Assembly (NCBI RefSeq): GCF_009914755.1
Contig: NC_060939.1
Strand: one strand, 5' to 3'
DNA length: 64,000 bases
Source: the human T2T-CHM13v2.0 reference genome, Homo sapiens
Numbering within the stretch: position 1 is the stretch's first letter; the number at the start of each line of letters is the position of its first letter. Below are positions 1 to 17,600 of this stretch, one piece after another. Made by a program: the position numbers and the translations under genes. The notes under the pieces are model-generated. The model worked only from the letters and a program-made list of their open reading frames with translations. It made no database searches and was not told the origin of the DNA.

Positions 1-154
1 GGGCAGAGGCTCTTTGGCTTGGATGAGTTTACAGTACAGCAAAACTGTCCTCCCCGTCACAGTGTATGTGGAACGGTATGTCCATGCTGGAGTAGCTGGA
101 ATGTAAGTAGATTTAGTGTGCTAACATTAGAAAGAATGATACTACTAGCCAGAA

Positions 155-370
155 TTTAGTGAATACTTATTGTCTAAGTATGCGTATCATGTGATATTTG
201 CAAGAACTCAATGAGTTAGGTACTATTCTATCCCATTTTAAAAATAAGGAAATTGAGGCACTGAAAGGTTAATTACCCAAAGTTCTAGAAATAAGAAGCA
301 GTGGAGCTGGCATTCAGACAGAAGCAGTTGAACTCCAGAGCCTGGGATGTGATCACTACGTCACACTGCC
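155..370 (-). mobile_element. MIR SINE fragment
   Basis: Contains tcccattttaaaaataaggaaattgaggcactgaaaggttaa, the reverse complement of the MIR core. Confidence 0.75.
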
Positions 371-1439
371 TTCTCATGAAGAGACAACACCTCACAACGC
401 AACCCCCAACACTGAGAACAAAGACCAAAGATGTGTCGCTGGAAAAGCCACTTGGACTCGGGCATCAGAATGGATCAGGGAAAGAACTTGGTGAGAGTAA
501 GAAAGCCATGAGGTCACAAAGAATGCCAAAGTTCCATGGGGGCAATGTGTGCGCAGGACACAAGGAGCTCACAATGCTCTGAGGTCAAATCTAGGAAAGC
601 CCTGTAGAGTGAGGTTGCAGGATCTACAGGGAAAAGTGAGTCATCTCAGGAACAAAGGGTGGGCTTGGGGACACATCCAGAAAGGACTTGAGACCATTAG
701 TTGCTTAACAGACTATGGTTTAAAATTAAAGTAGAAACAGCTAAACCATATCTATATGATCTAATTTGTTTTTGACTACTTTCTCTGTTATAAAACACTT
801 ATGTTATAAACACTTATGTTTATTGATTTCACTTTATTGGTATTGTTCCCACCCACCTGAACGCCTGGTTATCTGTCTTTACAGTTCCAATCTGAAGATT
901 TTAAATCGCAACCTCAAGGCCAACATTCACCCATTCCTCAGTCCCTGTCTCTCCTTTCCAAGCTGGGAAATGGGAGGAAGCCTGTCCCAAACAGGACAGC
1001 CTCTGCCTCTGAGTTGGCATGAGTACAACAGTTTTTTTCTCTAAGTTGTTCTACTACCTAAAGCTGCGAGGTTCACACAAGGATGGGTGATATGTGTTAA
1101 TTGGAAAGTATATTTTATCTTCTCTGTCTAGAACAACTCAAATAACTTTGTATATTCTTAATACCAGTACTGTTATAATTATATAATTTAATTTATATAA
1201 ATATATATATACACATTCCCAACCAGTTAGCTAAATAAATCTGTGACTAATTCACAGAATTCAAATCACCGTGTGTATTCTGCATCATAAGACAACTAGT
1301 ATGAAGAAAATCCTAAGGTAGTGCTAAGAACATATTATCAGCATTTGTTCATTTTTCTGACTTAATTAAGAGTTACAAACTACCACTCTTTGATACTGAA
1401 CAATCAATGAGCTGTGTATAAGAGAATAACAAAAATAGT

Positions 1440-1830
1440 TTACTTATTCAACAAACATTTATTAATTTATTAGACTGCAAGGCTCTGAGCTAAGTACCAG
1501 GTTTACAAAAATAAACAAGACAAAATCTCAAGGAGTTGACAAACGAGTTTGACATATAGATAGATAAGTATTTACTAAACAAATGATGGAGGAATATATG
1601 GGAAGAGGAAGGAGGACCCAATGGGCTGGAGTGGGAGGTGGAACACCACAAGAGGATACACTTGATCTGAGTCTTGGCTGGAAGACCAGGCAGACAAAAG
1701 AGAGAGACAGGACTGGAAGAGGGAGCACCCTGGGCATGCAGGCAAGTTGCACAGCATGGATATGGCAATAGCAAGGAGTTTAGTGAGGCCAGAGGCTAGA
1801 ATCACTTTGAAGAAAAAAGTGAGAGTCAGC
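1440..1830 (-). mobile_element. L2 LINE 3' fragment
   Basis: Begins with attcaacaaacatttatt (reverse complement of the L2 3' end), followed by purine-rich L2-like sequence; boundaries approximate. Confidence 0.55.
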
Positions 1831-2439
1831 AGATGAGTTGCCAATTAAAGTGACTCTACTCTGTGTGCTAAATGTTAATAGCTGCAGCTATGCAAAATAG
1901 AAAAAGCAAAAATGTTCACAAATGACATGAGATTTCAACTTTAATGCTCTATTTTCTTAATTCTAAAATATCTCATTGATTTAAATAATACTTGATTGTA
2001 AAACATAACCCAATTTAAGAAATGTTAGAATATGAAAGGATGAAGGAAATAAGTCAATAACAACTGCTAGAAGGCCTCATCCAAGAGAATATAAACAGAG
2101 ACTCTCACACAAAAGTGGACTTCTGCTTTGCCCCAGAGTCAATGTCAGTATAAGCAAAAGCCTCCACTACATTCCATGTTTAGTTTTCAAGCACTTCAAG
2201 ATCAAAGAGCATTATCTTTGAACGTTTTAAATTGATTAAGCTAATTTAGAGTCATTAAAAATGGAAACAGTTCTTTTTAGCTTAAGGTTGGAACGGGGGA
2301 ACCTTTTGGAGACCACTGAAGCATGTGTTAACTTGGTTTTTAGGTACTTGAGCAAACAATGGAAATTTGGAGTTGCCTTGGTTTCTATGACTGCCAAACC
2401 TCAGCAGATAAAGAATCTTCTGCCAACCTCTCTGCATCT

Positions 2440-3190
2440 CCTACATTGGTTCCTCTTTCGTGTCTGTTTCCTCAAAAGATGTTCCTATCCCTAACTTTCT
2501 TTTCTTCTCACACTACACAGTCTCCCCAGGTAATCTCAGCCACATCACAGCTTCAGCTAAATTGACCTGGTATTGATGCCTACATGTGTCTGTCCAGCCC
2601 AGACCTCTCTCCTTAATTTCAAACTCATGTCAAACAACCCATTTCCCCATGGATGCCTCACAGACACCTCAAAGTCAACATGGTTAAAACTAAATCCATT
2701 GTTGGTTTCCTACCTGCCCCCAAATGTTCCTGCTCCAGGGCTCTCTATGTCCATAAAATGTACCTCCTTCCACTCAATGGCCCAAACCAGATATCTAGGA
2801 TTTTCTCAAGCTACTTTTGCTCTTAAACCCTCACATCCAACAAAATACTGTAGATTTGATTATCTCCCCTAAAATCCTTCAATCTGTAAACTCTTCTCTG
2901 CCCTACCACCACAGCCCTGGTTTCAAACCTCGTAATTTCTTGATTGCATCCCTCCAGTGGCCCAATATCTCTCAGCCACTAGTCCTCTGTCTCCTCCTTC
3001 CATCAGCCCTCCGTATCCTCCACTGGCTCCTCAGAATGTTTCCTAAAATACAGAATTGATCAGGAAGCCTGACTTTATATCCGTCATTGACTTCCCTTAT
3101 CACTCTCAGTATTTTATCCCAAATCCCTGGTGCATGGTATACAAGGCTCTTCATGAACTGTCCCAGAATTGGTCCTGCTCCCTCTAATAT
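2440..3190 (+). mobile_element. L2 LINE fragment
   Basis: Pyrimidine-rich L2 motifs such as ccagcccagacctctctcc and cacctcaaagtcaacatg. Confidence 0.7.
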
Positions 3191-3205
3191 CACACACATG
3201 TGCAT

Positions 3206-3239
<34 letters not shown>
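3191..3239. repeat. (CA)n microsatellite
   Basis: Directly visible CA run. Confidence 0.95.
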
Positions 3240-3240
<1 letters not shown>

Positions 3241-3562
3241 ATGTTCCAGTGCAATGAAGGGGGCAAAGGATCTGAACAGACATTTCTCCAAAGAAGACAT
3301 ACAAATGGCCAATAAGCACATGAAAAGAAGCTCAGCATCATTAGCCATTAGATAAATGCAAATCAAAACCACAATGATAAACCACTTCACACCTACTAGG
3401 ATAGCTATAATCAAAAAGACAGATAATAACAAGTGCTGGTGAGCATGTAGAGAAATTGGAACCCTCATAGACTGCTGGTGGGAATGCAAAATGGGGCAGC
3501 CGCTTTAGGAAACATTCTGACAGTTCCTCAAAAGGTTAAACATAGAGTTCCCATGTGATTCA

Positions 3563-3864
3563 GTATATTTGTTTCCAATTGCTGCTGTAACAAATTACCG
3601 CAAACTTGCTGATTAAAACAACACAAAATTATTATATTACAGTTCTGGTGGTCAAAAGTCCAAAGTGATTCTCCAAAGGCTATAATCAAGGTCTCAGCAG
3701 GTCTATGTTCCTTCCGGGGGTTCTAGGGGAAAATCCATTTTCTTGTTTCTTCCAGCTTCTAGAGCAAGGGTGTCCAATATTTTCACTTCCCTGGGCCAGA
3801 CTGGAAGAAAAATTGTCTTGGGCCACACATAAAACATGCTAACGCTAATGATAGCTGATGAGCT

Positions 3865-3915
<51 letters not shown>

Positions 3916-4355
3916 TCTTATAATGTCTTAAGAAAGTTTACAAATTTGTGTTGGGCTACATTCAAAGCCATCCTTGGCTACGTGCAGCTCAGGGGCCACA
4001 GGTTGGGCAAACTTGTTTTAGAGGGTGTCCCTGTTCCTTGACTTGTGGTTCCTTCCATCTTCAAAGCCAAAATGGCTGGTCAAGTATTAATCACAGTGCA
4101 TGACTCTGGCACTTTCTGCCTCCATCTTCTATCTTTTAAGGACACTTTGGATTACACTAAGGGCACACTCAGATGATCTAGAATAATCTCTGTATTTTAA
4201 GGTGAGTTGATTAGCAGCTTAATTTCATCTGCACACTTAACTTCATGTCCATTTACCATGAGACTTAACATATTCATGGGTTCCAAGGACTAGGGAATGA
4301 ACATCTTTGGGAGAGAGTGGGGTTGGGAGCATTATTCTGCTGCCTCCCACACATA
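3563..4355 (-). mobile_element. MLT1 (MLT1D/E-like) MaLR LTR, interrupted by MER30
   Basis: attgctgctgtaacaaattacc...aaaacaacacaaa...acagttctgg matches the reverse complement of an MLT1 3' end. Confidence 0.75.
3765..4015 (+). mobile_element. MER30 hAT-Charlie MITE with internal (CA)n
   Basis: Termini caagggtgtccaa...ttgggcaaacttg; 8-bp target-site duplication TTCTAGAG (3757-3764) / TTTTAGAG (4016-4023). Confidence 0.85.
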
Positions 4356-5734
4356 CGGCAATTCCACTCCCAAGTATACATATCCAAGAAAAAGGAAAAC
4401 ATGTCCACATAGAAACTTGTACAAAAATGTTCATAGCAGCCCTCTTCATAATAGCCAAAGAGCAGAAACAACTCAAATGTTCATCAAGAGATGAATGGAC
4501 AAAGAAAATATGGTATAATCATACAATGAAATATTAAAAGGAATAAAAAAGAATGATGTGCTGATACATACTACAACATGGATGAACCTCAAAAACATCA
4601 TGCTAAATAAAGAAGTCAGTAACAAAAGGCCACATATTGTACAATTCCATTTGTATATGTCCAGGATAGACAAATCCTTAGAAACAGAGAGTAGATTCAT
4701 GATTGCTTAGGGCTGAGGGCGAAGGGAACTTGGGGGGACATGTGGATACTAATGAGAAGACAGTATCTTTCTGGAGTTATGAAAACATCTGAAAATGATT
4801 TTAGTAATGGTTACACAACTTTGTAAATATGCTAAAAACCAGTGAATCATACAACAAACAGCAGTGATTTGTATGGTAAGTGAATTACATGTCAATAAAG
4901 CTGTTATTCCTAAAAAATGAGTCAGTACATTACTGAAGATATGAGCACAAAACTGAGGAAAGTCCTAATATTTATTTAATTACACTTCCCTTAAAGGTTG
5001 CTTTTAGTGACTGTTTTGCTGGGATTGCGGTCTCCCAATTAAGTCAAAGAATAAAGACAGCTGGCGCAGAAATGAGTCTGGCACCTCAGACAGTGGCCCC
5101 AATTTCATGCACTAGAGGAAGCCGACATTGCTCCCCTATTGAGATGTGCCTCCTGCTCCCCAGGAAGCCATGAAACAGGGCAGCAATTAAACACATGAAG
5201 TGTTCTGCTTTGATGACATTCTTTTTCTTTCTCACACACATGTACACACAGAGAGAAAGTCCATTTTCTATTAATTCTCCGCAGATATTATAAGTGCATT
5301 CTATGTTTCCTCCTTTCACAGTTCAGTAGTTTATTCATTTTGCTAAGAGCAAGCTTGTTGTAGTCCCTAATAACAAATCACAGGCAAAATTAGAACCCAA
5401 ACCTAGCACAGACAAATCTCTTACGAAGAAAAAGAATCCAGCTCTGAATATTTCCAATTTAAAAAGTTTTAAACCCACTGATTGACAAAAGCTATAAAAT
5501 TAATGTGAATTAAAAATATTATATTCCATGAAGATTTATTATGAGAAAGAAGCCAATCAATTATTCTCCATTTTCAGAGAGTTGGAAAAGAGAAAACAGA
5601 ACAGATTACATCAGAGATACTTTTTTAAAACTAAAAAGGAATATTTTAAGGATGAGCAAGCCCTATAATAAGCTTCCAAGAAGGGTTATGAAATCTCCCT
5701 AGAGTCATTATACCACTTAAGATTAGGTTTGGGT

Positions 5735-6625
<891 letters not shown>

Positions 6626-7035
6626 AGCAAAAGATTCAATTTTGCTAAATATAAAATAACAGCTTAAGGAAGACAAAGAAGTTTTTCTGTCTCATATAAA
6701 AATCCAAGAGATAGTCCAGGACTGATTATAGGAGCTCTGCCCCAAAAAATTCTCAGCATCTTTATAGCTCATTATTCCACCATCCCGAATACTGGGCCCC
6801 CATTCTCAGAGTCTAAGGTGGAAGCTAGAGCTCCAGCAAAATATCTGTATTTCAGGAATTAGGGTGGAAAAGGGATGAAGAAGCTGGAGAAAGGGCAGTG
6901 AGTATCACCTGTCTTTAAGGAAAACTGCAGGAAACTCTTATGTGACACTTTGCATCAGTCATGTGACCATACTGGTTGCCATGGAGCCTGTCTTTATTCT
7001 GGAAAACAATGTGTCCATCTAAAAACAGAGTTTCA

Positions 7036-7822
<787 letters not shown>

Positions 7823-9095
7823 AACACCCACCTCCTTAATTTAGGCAGACTCTTCAGAAGGCACTTCTTTTTTATAAAATTTATAAAGAGACTGAGAGAG
7901 ACTTCTAGGGGGACAGGGCTATAAAGTTCACATAAATTTGTTCTAAGAGAAGGAGAAAGGGAAAACCCTTTACTCTGGGTCCCCTTTAGTTTGTTAACCA
8001 ACAAAATTAGTTCTGGAAATGTCCTTGTTCTTTGAGTCAAAAACAGTACTTGGCACATGGAGATGCTTACTAAATGTTTGTCAGTGAGCAACTGGATTCA
8101 TGGCAAATAACAATAATGCAGTGTTACATTCAACTACATCAATGTGTTCTAGATATTTTTCTGATCCTATATATGGGGACATCTGACTAATACCAGAAGT
8201 CATCATACACAGAGGGTAATTAACTGAAGGTGCCGAAGAGGTAAAGTCAATTCTTTAAAAAATGTTGAAGTCTATTCAAACTGATAACAAGAAAAAGCTG
8301 AGTTATCAGTCTAGGGAAGGACTTTCACAATATCCACTGCCTAATGGGAGTCTGGTCTTGAATCTCTTCTAAGCTTTTCCATTTTCGCCAGTCATCTTTT
8401 AAAGACCAGAACTCATCTTTTTTAGTCCTCTAATAAAAATCCTCCAATGCCTGTTCTCTACTCACAGGATAAAATCTCAATTCCTTTGCACAGTACTATA
8501 AGTGCCTGACCAGCAGTCCTAAGATTCTCTCTGTCCACTGCCTACCATGATTGCAGGTTGGGTTCTAGCTTCCTGGATCACCTCTCACTCTGTGAGTGTG
8601 CCATTTACTCCAACTCCCTTATGTCTTTACCTGATAGCTTTCTTTTGTGTAGGAATTCCCTTGCCTCTTGTACATACGTGGTAAATCCTATTTAAGCTTT
8701 AAGGATCCATTTCCAATGTCACCTTCTCCATGAAGACCTCTTTGATTCCACAGATCCCATGCAAATTTAATCTTCTGTTTCTCCATTATACTTTGTTTAC
8801 ATTAATTAACACAGCACTTAGCACAGTAGTGGTGATACTAGTAGTGGTAACAGTAGTAGTAGTAGCAGCTAACATTTATTGCGCAATAATTACAAGCCAG
8901 GCATCTTACATACATTAACTCATTTAATCTCAACTACAACCTTATGAGGTAAGGCCCTCATAAGATCATAAGACTAACTCCTCCAAAAGCTCATTAACTC
9001 TTCAAGGATAAGAACAGTATTTATCTTTGTCTTTTCATCACCAGAGTACAACATAGTGCTTGGCTCATGGTAGGTGATTAATATGCGCTTGTTCT

Positions 9096-9238
9096 GGCCA
9101 ATCATGGTGGCTCATGTCTGTAATCCCAGCACTTGGGTGGCTGAGGGAGGAGGATAGTTTGAGGCCAGTAGTTCAAGACCAGCCTGGCAACATACCAACA
9201 CCCCAACTCCATTAATTAAAAAAAAAAAAAAAAAAAAA
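9096..9238 (+). mobile_element. FLAM-type Alu monomer
   Basis: Single left-arm Alu followed by a poly(A) tail. Confidence 0.85.
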
Positions 9239-9743
9239 GTCAAAAGGTACCAGCTGCTGTAATAATTTTAAAAAGGTGCTTGCTCATTGAGTGACTAATG
9301 ACTTATAACAAAATTAGGTTGTCATAGATGCATTAAGTTTCTGCATTCTGAATATTTTTATATATGGACAAATATGCTGGGTTTTTCAATAAAGCAACAA
9401 TTTAAATGTAGGATACTCTAAAGAATTAAATCTACAAAGCTAAAAAATGAATCTCTAAGTAATCTGACCTTTTCCACTTCATCTTCTGATGCTCCCTCAA
9501 AATAAATGCCCCATTTGCTTAAATCAAATGTAGATAAAACTTAAAACATTCCATTGTATTTTGCTGCTCAGCCTTCATCTTACTATTGTAGACTAAAAGA
9601 AGAAAAAATAAGATTTTCAAAGTTTTAAATTCTAAGATGACTTACTGATTCTTAATTAGTCTAAAGAAAGAAAACAGTTTTTCTTCAGCTAAAGAAGCAA
9701 TTATTGTTAATAAAACGTGAAGTTTTACATTAATAGCCCATAA

Positions 9744-11870
<2,127 letters not shown>

Positions 11871-12524
11871 AGGGTAGTAAGATAGACATATTTGACATTG
11901 TCAATGTAAGAACCAAGTCGATTGTAACCTTAAATACAGATCTAACCATTTCAGATTTTAAATAAGGAATCTGACTTAAAATATTACAGAAATAAAACCA
12001 CAGAAAAAAATTTAAAAAAATAGCCCATGAGGAAGTTGGAAGGGCAATCCATTTTAATATTTACCAAGTATTTTACATGTATCCTATCATTTAATGTGTG
12101 GTAATACATTTTTGTTGATCTGAATTTGAGGCAGGTATTACTAGTTGCCCCCTGAGGAAACAGAAAAAGAAAGCCATATGATTTGCACATGATCACATAG
12201 TAATTAATGGAACCTGAACTTGACTCCAGATCCTCTGGCTTAAAATTACCTGTTGTTTCCCCAGCTCTCTGCTGCCCTGGGTCCTCATGCAGCTGTCCTT
12301 AAAACCTCATTTTTACCCAACTACCACTTAGCCCTGAAAGGAACTGTAGTTGATCATTTAACACTTATAACTAGATTGTGAATATGGCTGCAATTATTAA
12401 GGATGAATCCTGCTAGCTAGCTGTCCCTTGCCCATTAAGGCTTGACAATGGTCATAATAACGACCAATACATATTGATGATGTCTAGGTGTGAGGCTCTA
12501 TGCTGAGCATTTCACATACACTTC

Positions 12525-13001
12525 TGTTATAAGTTGAATTGTGTCCCCACCCCACCCCACCCCAAAAAATACATTGAAGTCCTCAGTATCTCAGAATGTG
12601 GCTTGGAAATACGGTCTTTGTAGAGCAAATCAAGTAATAATGAGAGAATTATGGTGGGCCCTAATCCAATATGACTGGTGTCCTTATAAAAAAGGGGAGA
12701 TTTGTCCGCAGAGACAGACACACACAGGGAAGATGACAGGAAGACCCACAGGAAGAAGGTCTTGTAAAGACAGGACTAGAGTGATGCATCTATAAGCTGA
12801 GGAATGCCAGAGATTGCCAGCAAACCACCAGAAGTGAGGAATGGGCAAGGAAGGGTTCCCCCACAGGTTTCAGGGACAGCGTGGTCCTGCCAACATTGAT
12901 TTCAGACTTCTCGCCTACAGAACTGTGAGATAATAAATTTCTGTTGTGTTAAGCCACCCAGTTTATGGTACTTTGATACAGCAGCCCAGGAAACTAATAT
13001 A
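12525..13001 (+). mobile_element. MLT1B/C solo LTR
   Basis: tgttataagttgaattgtgtcccc...ggaaactaatata; 5-bp TSD ACTTC. Confidence 0.9.
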
Positions 13002-13253
13002 ACTTCTGATCATTTTGACAAAATGATAGGTTTACGAGGCTACATGACCAAATGTGGCTTACTTATAAACTTTGGCAGACATATTACAATGGCTTTTTTG
13101 TCTCCAACATATAGTCAGTAGTTATAATCCTACACACATGGTAGCTTTGCAACTTAATACATTAAGATTAAAGCTCTCAGTAGGGATCCCAGTTGGAGAC
13201 TACACTGAACCCACTGAGGGGGCCCCTTTTGAGCTCATCTCACTAATGATGAG

Positions 13254-14042
13254 TGCTATAGTCTGAACGTCTGTGTCCCCCTCTCCCAAAAATTCATATG
13301 TTGAAAGCTAATCCCCAGTTTATTAGTCCATTCTCACACTGCTATCAAGAACTACCTGAGACTGGGTAATTTATAAAGAAAAGAGGTTTAATTGGCACAC
13401 AGTTCCACAGGCTGTATAGGAGGCATGGCTGGAGAGGCCTCAGGAAACTTACAAGCACGACAGAAGGCAAAGGGGAAGCCAGCATATTTTACAGGGTAGG
13501 AGCAAGAGGAAGAGAGAGTGAAGTGGGGAGTGCTGCACACTCTTTCAGACAACCAGATCTTGGGAGAACTCTGTCACAAGACAGCATTAGGCGGATGGTG
13601 CTAAACCATTAGAAACCACCCCATGATCCAATCACCTCCCAACAGGCCCCTCCTCCAACACTGGGATTATAATTCCACATGAGATTTGGGTGGGGACACA
13701 GAGCCAAAACACAGAACCCAGTGTGAAGGTATTTGGAGGTGGGGCCTTTGAGAGGTGATTAGGTCATTTGGGCAGAGTCCTCATGAATGGGATTAGTACT
13801 CTTATAAAAAGAAGCCCAAAAGGGGTCCCTTCCCCTTTCCACCATAAAGAGACACAGTGAAAAGACATTCTGGCCATCTATGAAGCAGGACATGGGCTCT
13901 CATCAGACACTGAATCTGCCTCTAAGATCAGACACTGATCTTAGACTTCCGTGCCTCTAGAACTATGAGAAATAAATTTCTGTTGTTTACAAGCCACCTA
14001 GTTTATGGTATTTTGTTATAGCAGCCTGAATGGACTAATACA
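13254..14042 (+). mobile_element. MLT1A-type LTR with a nested MSTA
   Basis: tgctatagtctgaacgtctgtgtcccc...tggactaataca. Confidence 0.85.
13319..13716 (-). mobile_element. MSTA LTR
   Basis: tattagtccattctcacactgctat...; TSD CCCAG. Confidence 0.9.
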
Positions 14043-14675
14043 GTGAGGTAGGCCCACCAAAAGTCTGTACAAGGGGCTGAGGGAGAACTTGCTCTGGAGG
14101 AAGGAAAGCCAGGCATGACAGGACTTGCCTAGGACAGACTTCAGATTCTGAATACAGAAAGCCATCACCCTGTGGGTTTCATCCCCAGCTCAGCAACTTC
14201 TTGGAATCATACTCAAAGAGAAGAGGCTGTCACCAACAACACTAAAAGCAGCACTGGATTCACACTATTAAAAAAAAAAAAGTGGTGGGGGGAGCTTTCT
14301 TTTGTGCTTTGTGCATGAGTACTGGGCAGGAGGGAAGAGTCATGGTGGCCAGTAGACATGGTATGATAGCCTGCTGGTTGAAGCAGAAGAGGAAATAAGA
14401 GTGGCTGTCATGTGGGAATCTAGACTTTTGAGAGCATGTGTGTAATGTCCCATGCAAGTCCTAGAAATACTTGTAGTGGGGAGAAGAATGTGAAGAGGCT
14501 GATGTCCTCCAAGTAGGGCACAAAAGATAGTACAAAATGGCCTCAATCATATGTATTTCAAAGGTAACTTATAATCAAGAAAAAATCATTATTTTTACTA
14601 TCCTGCAGACCTATTATCCAGACACTCACACCCCATACACCAAGACAATGAAAATTGCTATCGACTGCAGCATAC

Positions 14676-14840
14676 CCTTCAAAAGAGGCCCAGATCAGTC
14701 CCAGTTACAATAACTCAAACAGCTACTCCCAGAATTGCATTTTGCAAGTGAGCCCACATCTGGAGGTTGAACATGCCAGTTGATTGACAGATCAATAGTA
14801 CTCTCTGCCAGTGTAAGAGATTACACAGGCATAGCTATGC
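14676..14840 (-). ncRNA. Candidate non-coding exon (165 nt)
   Basis: Minus-strand acceptor ggctttctttcctacctcag and donor AAGG|gtatgc; stops in all three frames; non-repetitive sequence. Confidence 0.4.
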
Positions 14841-15409
14841 CTGAGGTAGGAAAGAAAGCCACATTCCCAGCTAAGATGTCATCTGGGTTTATAATACAAT
14901 AAATCTCTCTCTAGAATAGATATTATTTTAGAATACTAGACATTTGATGGCAGCAGGTGCACTTAACAGAGAAAAATGCTGACTTCAACAAAATATAGCT
15001 TAAAGATCTCGTGGGAATTTATCCCACTTTCAGAATGCAGGCAACAAGTGCTATCTTCTTTTCTATGTGATTTTGACTCACTTCCCTCATTTAATTTCCT
15101 CTTCAGTCCTAGGGGAGGCCTATAAAGCTTAGAGAAAAATCTGTTAAACTGCTACGACAATATTATTTGTCACTTTCCACCCAAGTTCTCTCTCTACTAC
15201 TAAAGGTAGAAAGAACAGGCTTTATAAAGTGTCAAGAGGATTGCTACTAGCGTTCTAAATCTCACCCAAACCTTAATGCCACACAATTAGTAGAATAATA
15301 TAAAATAAAACTCTTCAAAGTCCCAAATAGTTTTCTCCATGCCCCTTTCAACAAAAACTAAAATCAGATACAAAATTCCCCTGATATCCTCCGGACATCA
15401 CCACAAGAA

Positions 15410-15597
15410 CAGTGGTCCTCAAATGTCCGGATTCATGAATATTACATGGGGTGCTTGTAAAAATATAGTTTCCTGGTCCCCACCTCAAACATGCTGATTC
15501 ATAATCTAAGGGGGTTTGGCCTAGGAATCTGTATTTAATATGCTCCCAGACGGTCTTGAAAAGGTAGTTTCCAACCACACATCTGGAAATCCTGCTG
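15410..15597. mobile_element. MER5 hAT-Charlie MITE
   Basis: cagtggtcctcaaa...ggcctaggaatctgtatttaa. Confidence 0.7.
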
Positions 15598-16075
15598 TAA
15601 AATATGTATTTATCCTCAATCTACATTATATAGCTATCAGTTTAGCTATTCATCTACCCCAGAATCCAAACCACGGTTAGACAGTGTTCCATGGTTCTCA
15701 CCACAGTCACAGGATCAGCCAAGAGGACCCCTGAAAAGAGATCAAGAAATCTTCTTTCAATCTGTTCCGAGGACCTAATGGGAGCCCCCAACCCCGTCTG
15801 CCCCCACCGCCTACTGAAAAAAAAAAATAGATCAGGTGAGAATTTGGGGCAAGAACCTATAGGCTACATAGATCCAGGCCCTATAAGTGCCCATACTTTT
15901 CCTGGGTTTGCTACCTTACAGAGGACACGTTCTAACAAGGCCTCAACAGTACAAGGCTTTGAAGAATCAAACCTGGGCAGCCCAACACTGATCGTGAACC
16001 ACTTAAATGTCCCCTCAACCTCTTCCCTCCTGACATCCGACCAGAAAAGGTACTGAGGTGACTCTCAGACTCTCC

Positions 16076-16188
16076 TAGGGTGACCAACCATCCTGGTTTG
16101 TCCAGGACTGGGAAAGTTAGTAGGATGTAGGACTTTCAAGGATGAAACTAAGAAAATCCAGGGCAAACCAAGATAAAAGGGTCCCCTA
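16076..16188. mobile_element. MER81/MER94-like hAT-Blackjack MITE
   Basis: Termini tagggtgaccaaccatcctggtttgtccaggact...ggtccccta. Confidence 0.65.
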
Positions 16189-17431
16189 CTCCCAGTTCTA
16201 ACCGTATCTCAAGAGCCAGCTCCTCAGAGCATAGGTGTTACCGGCACCAGGGAGGCAACACCATGGAGACTTCAGACAGAGGTGTCAGGGCTTGGCCAGG
16301 CAAAAGGCTCTCAGAGGAGGAAGAAGAATTCTGGCCAGGACAGCACTCACTGAGAGGCTATTCCTACCTAGGCCAGGCCCAGGTTCAGGCCCATAAGGTT
16401 GGGTTCGAAAACAGAAAACTCAGAGCCCTTGAGGGGTACTTTTAAACCAAGAGCTCACAGAGATCAATTCACATGAAGTCCTTGCTCTCATATAAATCTC
16501 AGTCTCCAGAATCTAAAGCAGAAACACAATTATTGCAAATAAGCAACTAAGTGTTCCATTTAAGGAGTTTAAACTCACTTTATCTACTAGATAAGGTCTA
16601 GAAAATAGAGGAAAACTAAGGAGTTAACAAATGAAGAAATGAATTTCAGGTAGTGATAAGAAGAGATAAAGAAAAGGAGCGGCAGTACTACTAGATAACC
16701 TTAAGTGGCTCTTAAGTACCATGGCTGTCCACTGGAACCCCCTTTAAAGCTTTAAAAACACTGATGCCTGGGCCACACTCAGACGCTTGATTTAATTTAG
16801 TCTGGGGTAAAACTGGGCTTTGGGATCTGTTAACGCTCCCCTGGTGATTCCAACATATAAGCCAAGGGCGAAAACCCTGCTGCAGGTGGGAAGGGCAGGT
16901 CTGTCTGAGGAGATATTTGAATTGAGACCTTAGTAAGCGGGAGAGAGCTGGGCAAACAGTATATCAGAAAGTGCAAGCCCTGAAGCATAAACGAGCTTGG
17001 TGTTCTAGAAACAGAAACTACGTAAGCTCTAGAGAGCAGGAACTTTGTGCCTACATCCTGAGGCCTAGACCAGTAACTGAAACATAATAGAGTCTTAATG
17101 TATTTTTGTTGAGAATGTTAATTTTAAAAAGGCCAATGTACCTGAAGCAAAGTGAGAAAACAGGAGAAAAGCATGAGGCAAAGGACAGAAAAGAAGTTAT
17201 GACAAGGTTGTGCCCTGTGGGCCACAGATGAGCCTTCACTCTCAGTATAATCAAAGCCACTGAAGGGTTTCAAACAGGAGAGCAACATTTTACTTTTTGA
17301 AAATATCGTTCTGGACTTCTACATCTGTGAAAATGGAGTAGATATACTTTTCCCTATTTGTCCCACTAAGGTACCATTTAAAACTCTGGGCATTATATAC
17401 AACAAACATGAGAAGACTCTGAAAGTAGAGA

Positions 17432-17600
17432 TGAAACCACCTTTGCAAAGATTATGACAGCAAGAGAAGTCTAGCATGACTGACTCGATCTTGCTTCTAG
17501 CCTCACAGGCTAGCTATCCTCACTCATTCCTGGGCATAGGCCAAGCTAACCATGAGAGGAATTTAGTTTATAGTTTAACTTTGAAGAAAGGATGGTAACA
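17432..17600 (+). mobile_element. LTR8A (ERV1) 5' fragment
   Basis: tgaaaccacctttgcaaagattatgacag...ggaatttagtttatagtttaac. Confidence 0.85.

Larger units (their letters stand above)
3255..4915 (+). mobile_element. L1MB-type 3' fragment, interrupted by an MLT1 LTR
   Basis: L1 ORF2 C-terminal sequence (aacagacatttctccaaagaagacatacaaatggccaa) resumes at about 4356 (gcaattccactcc) and ends at gtcaataaagctgtt. Confidence 0.85.
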
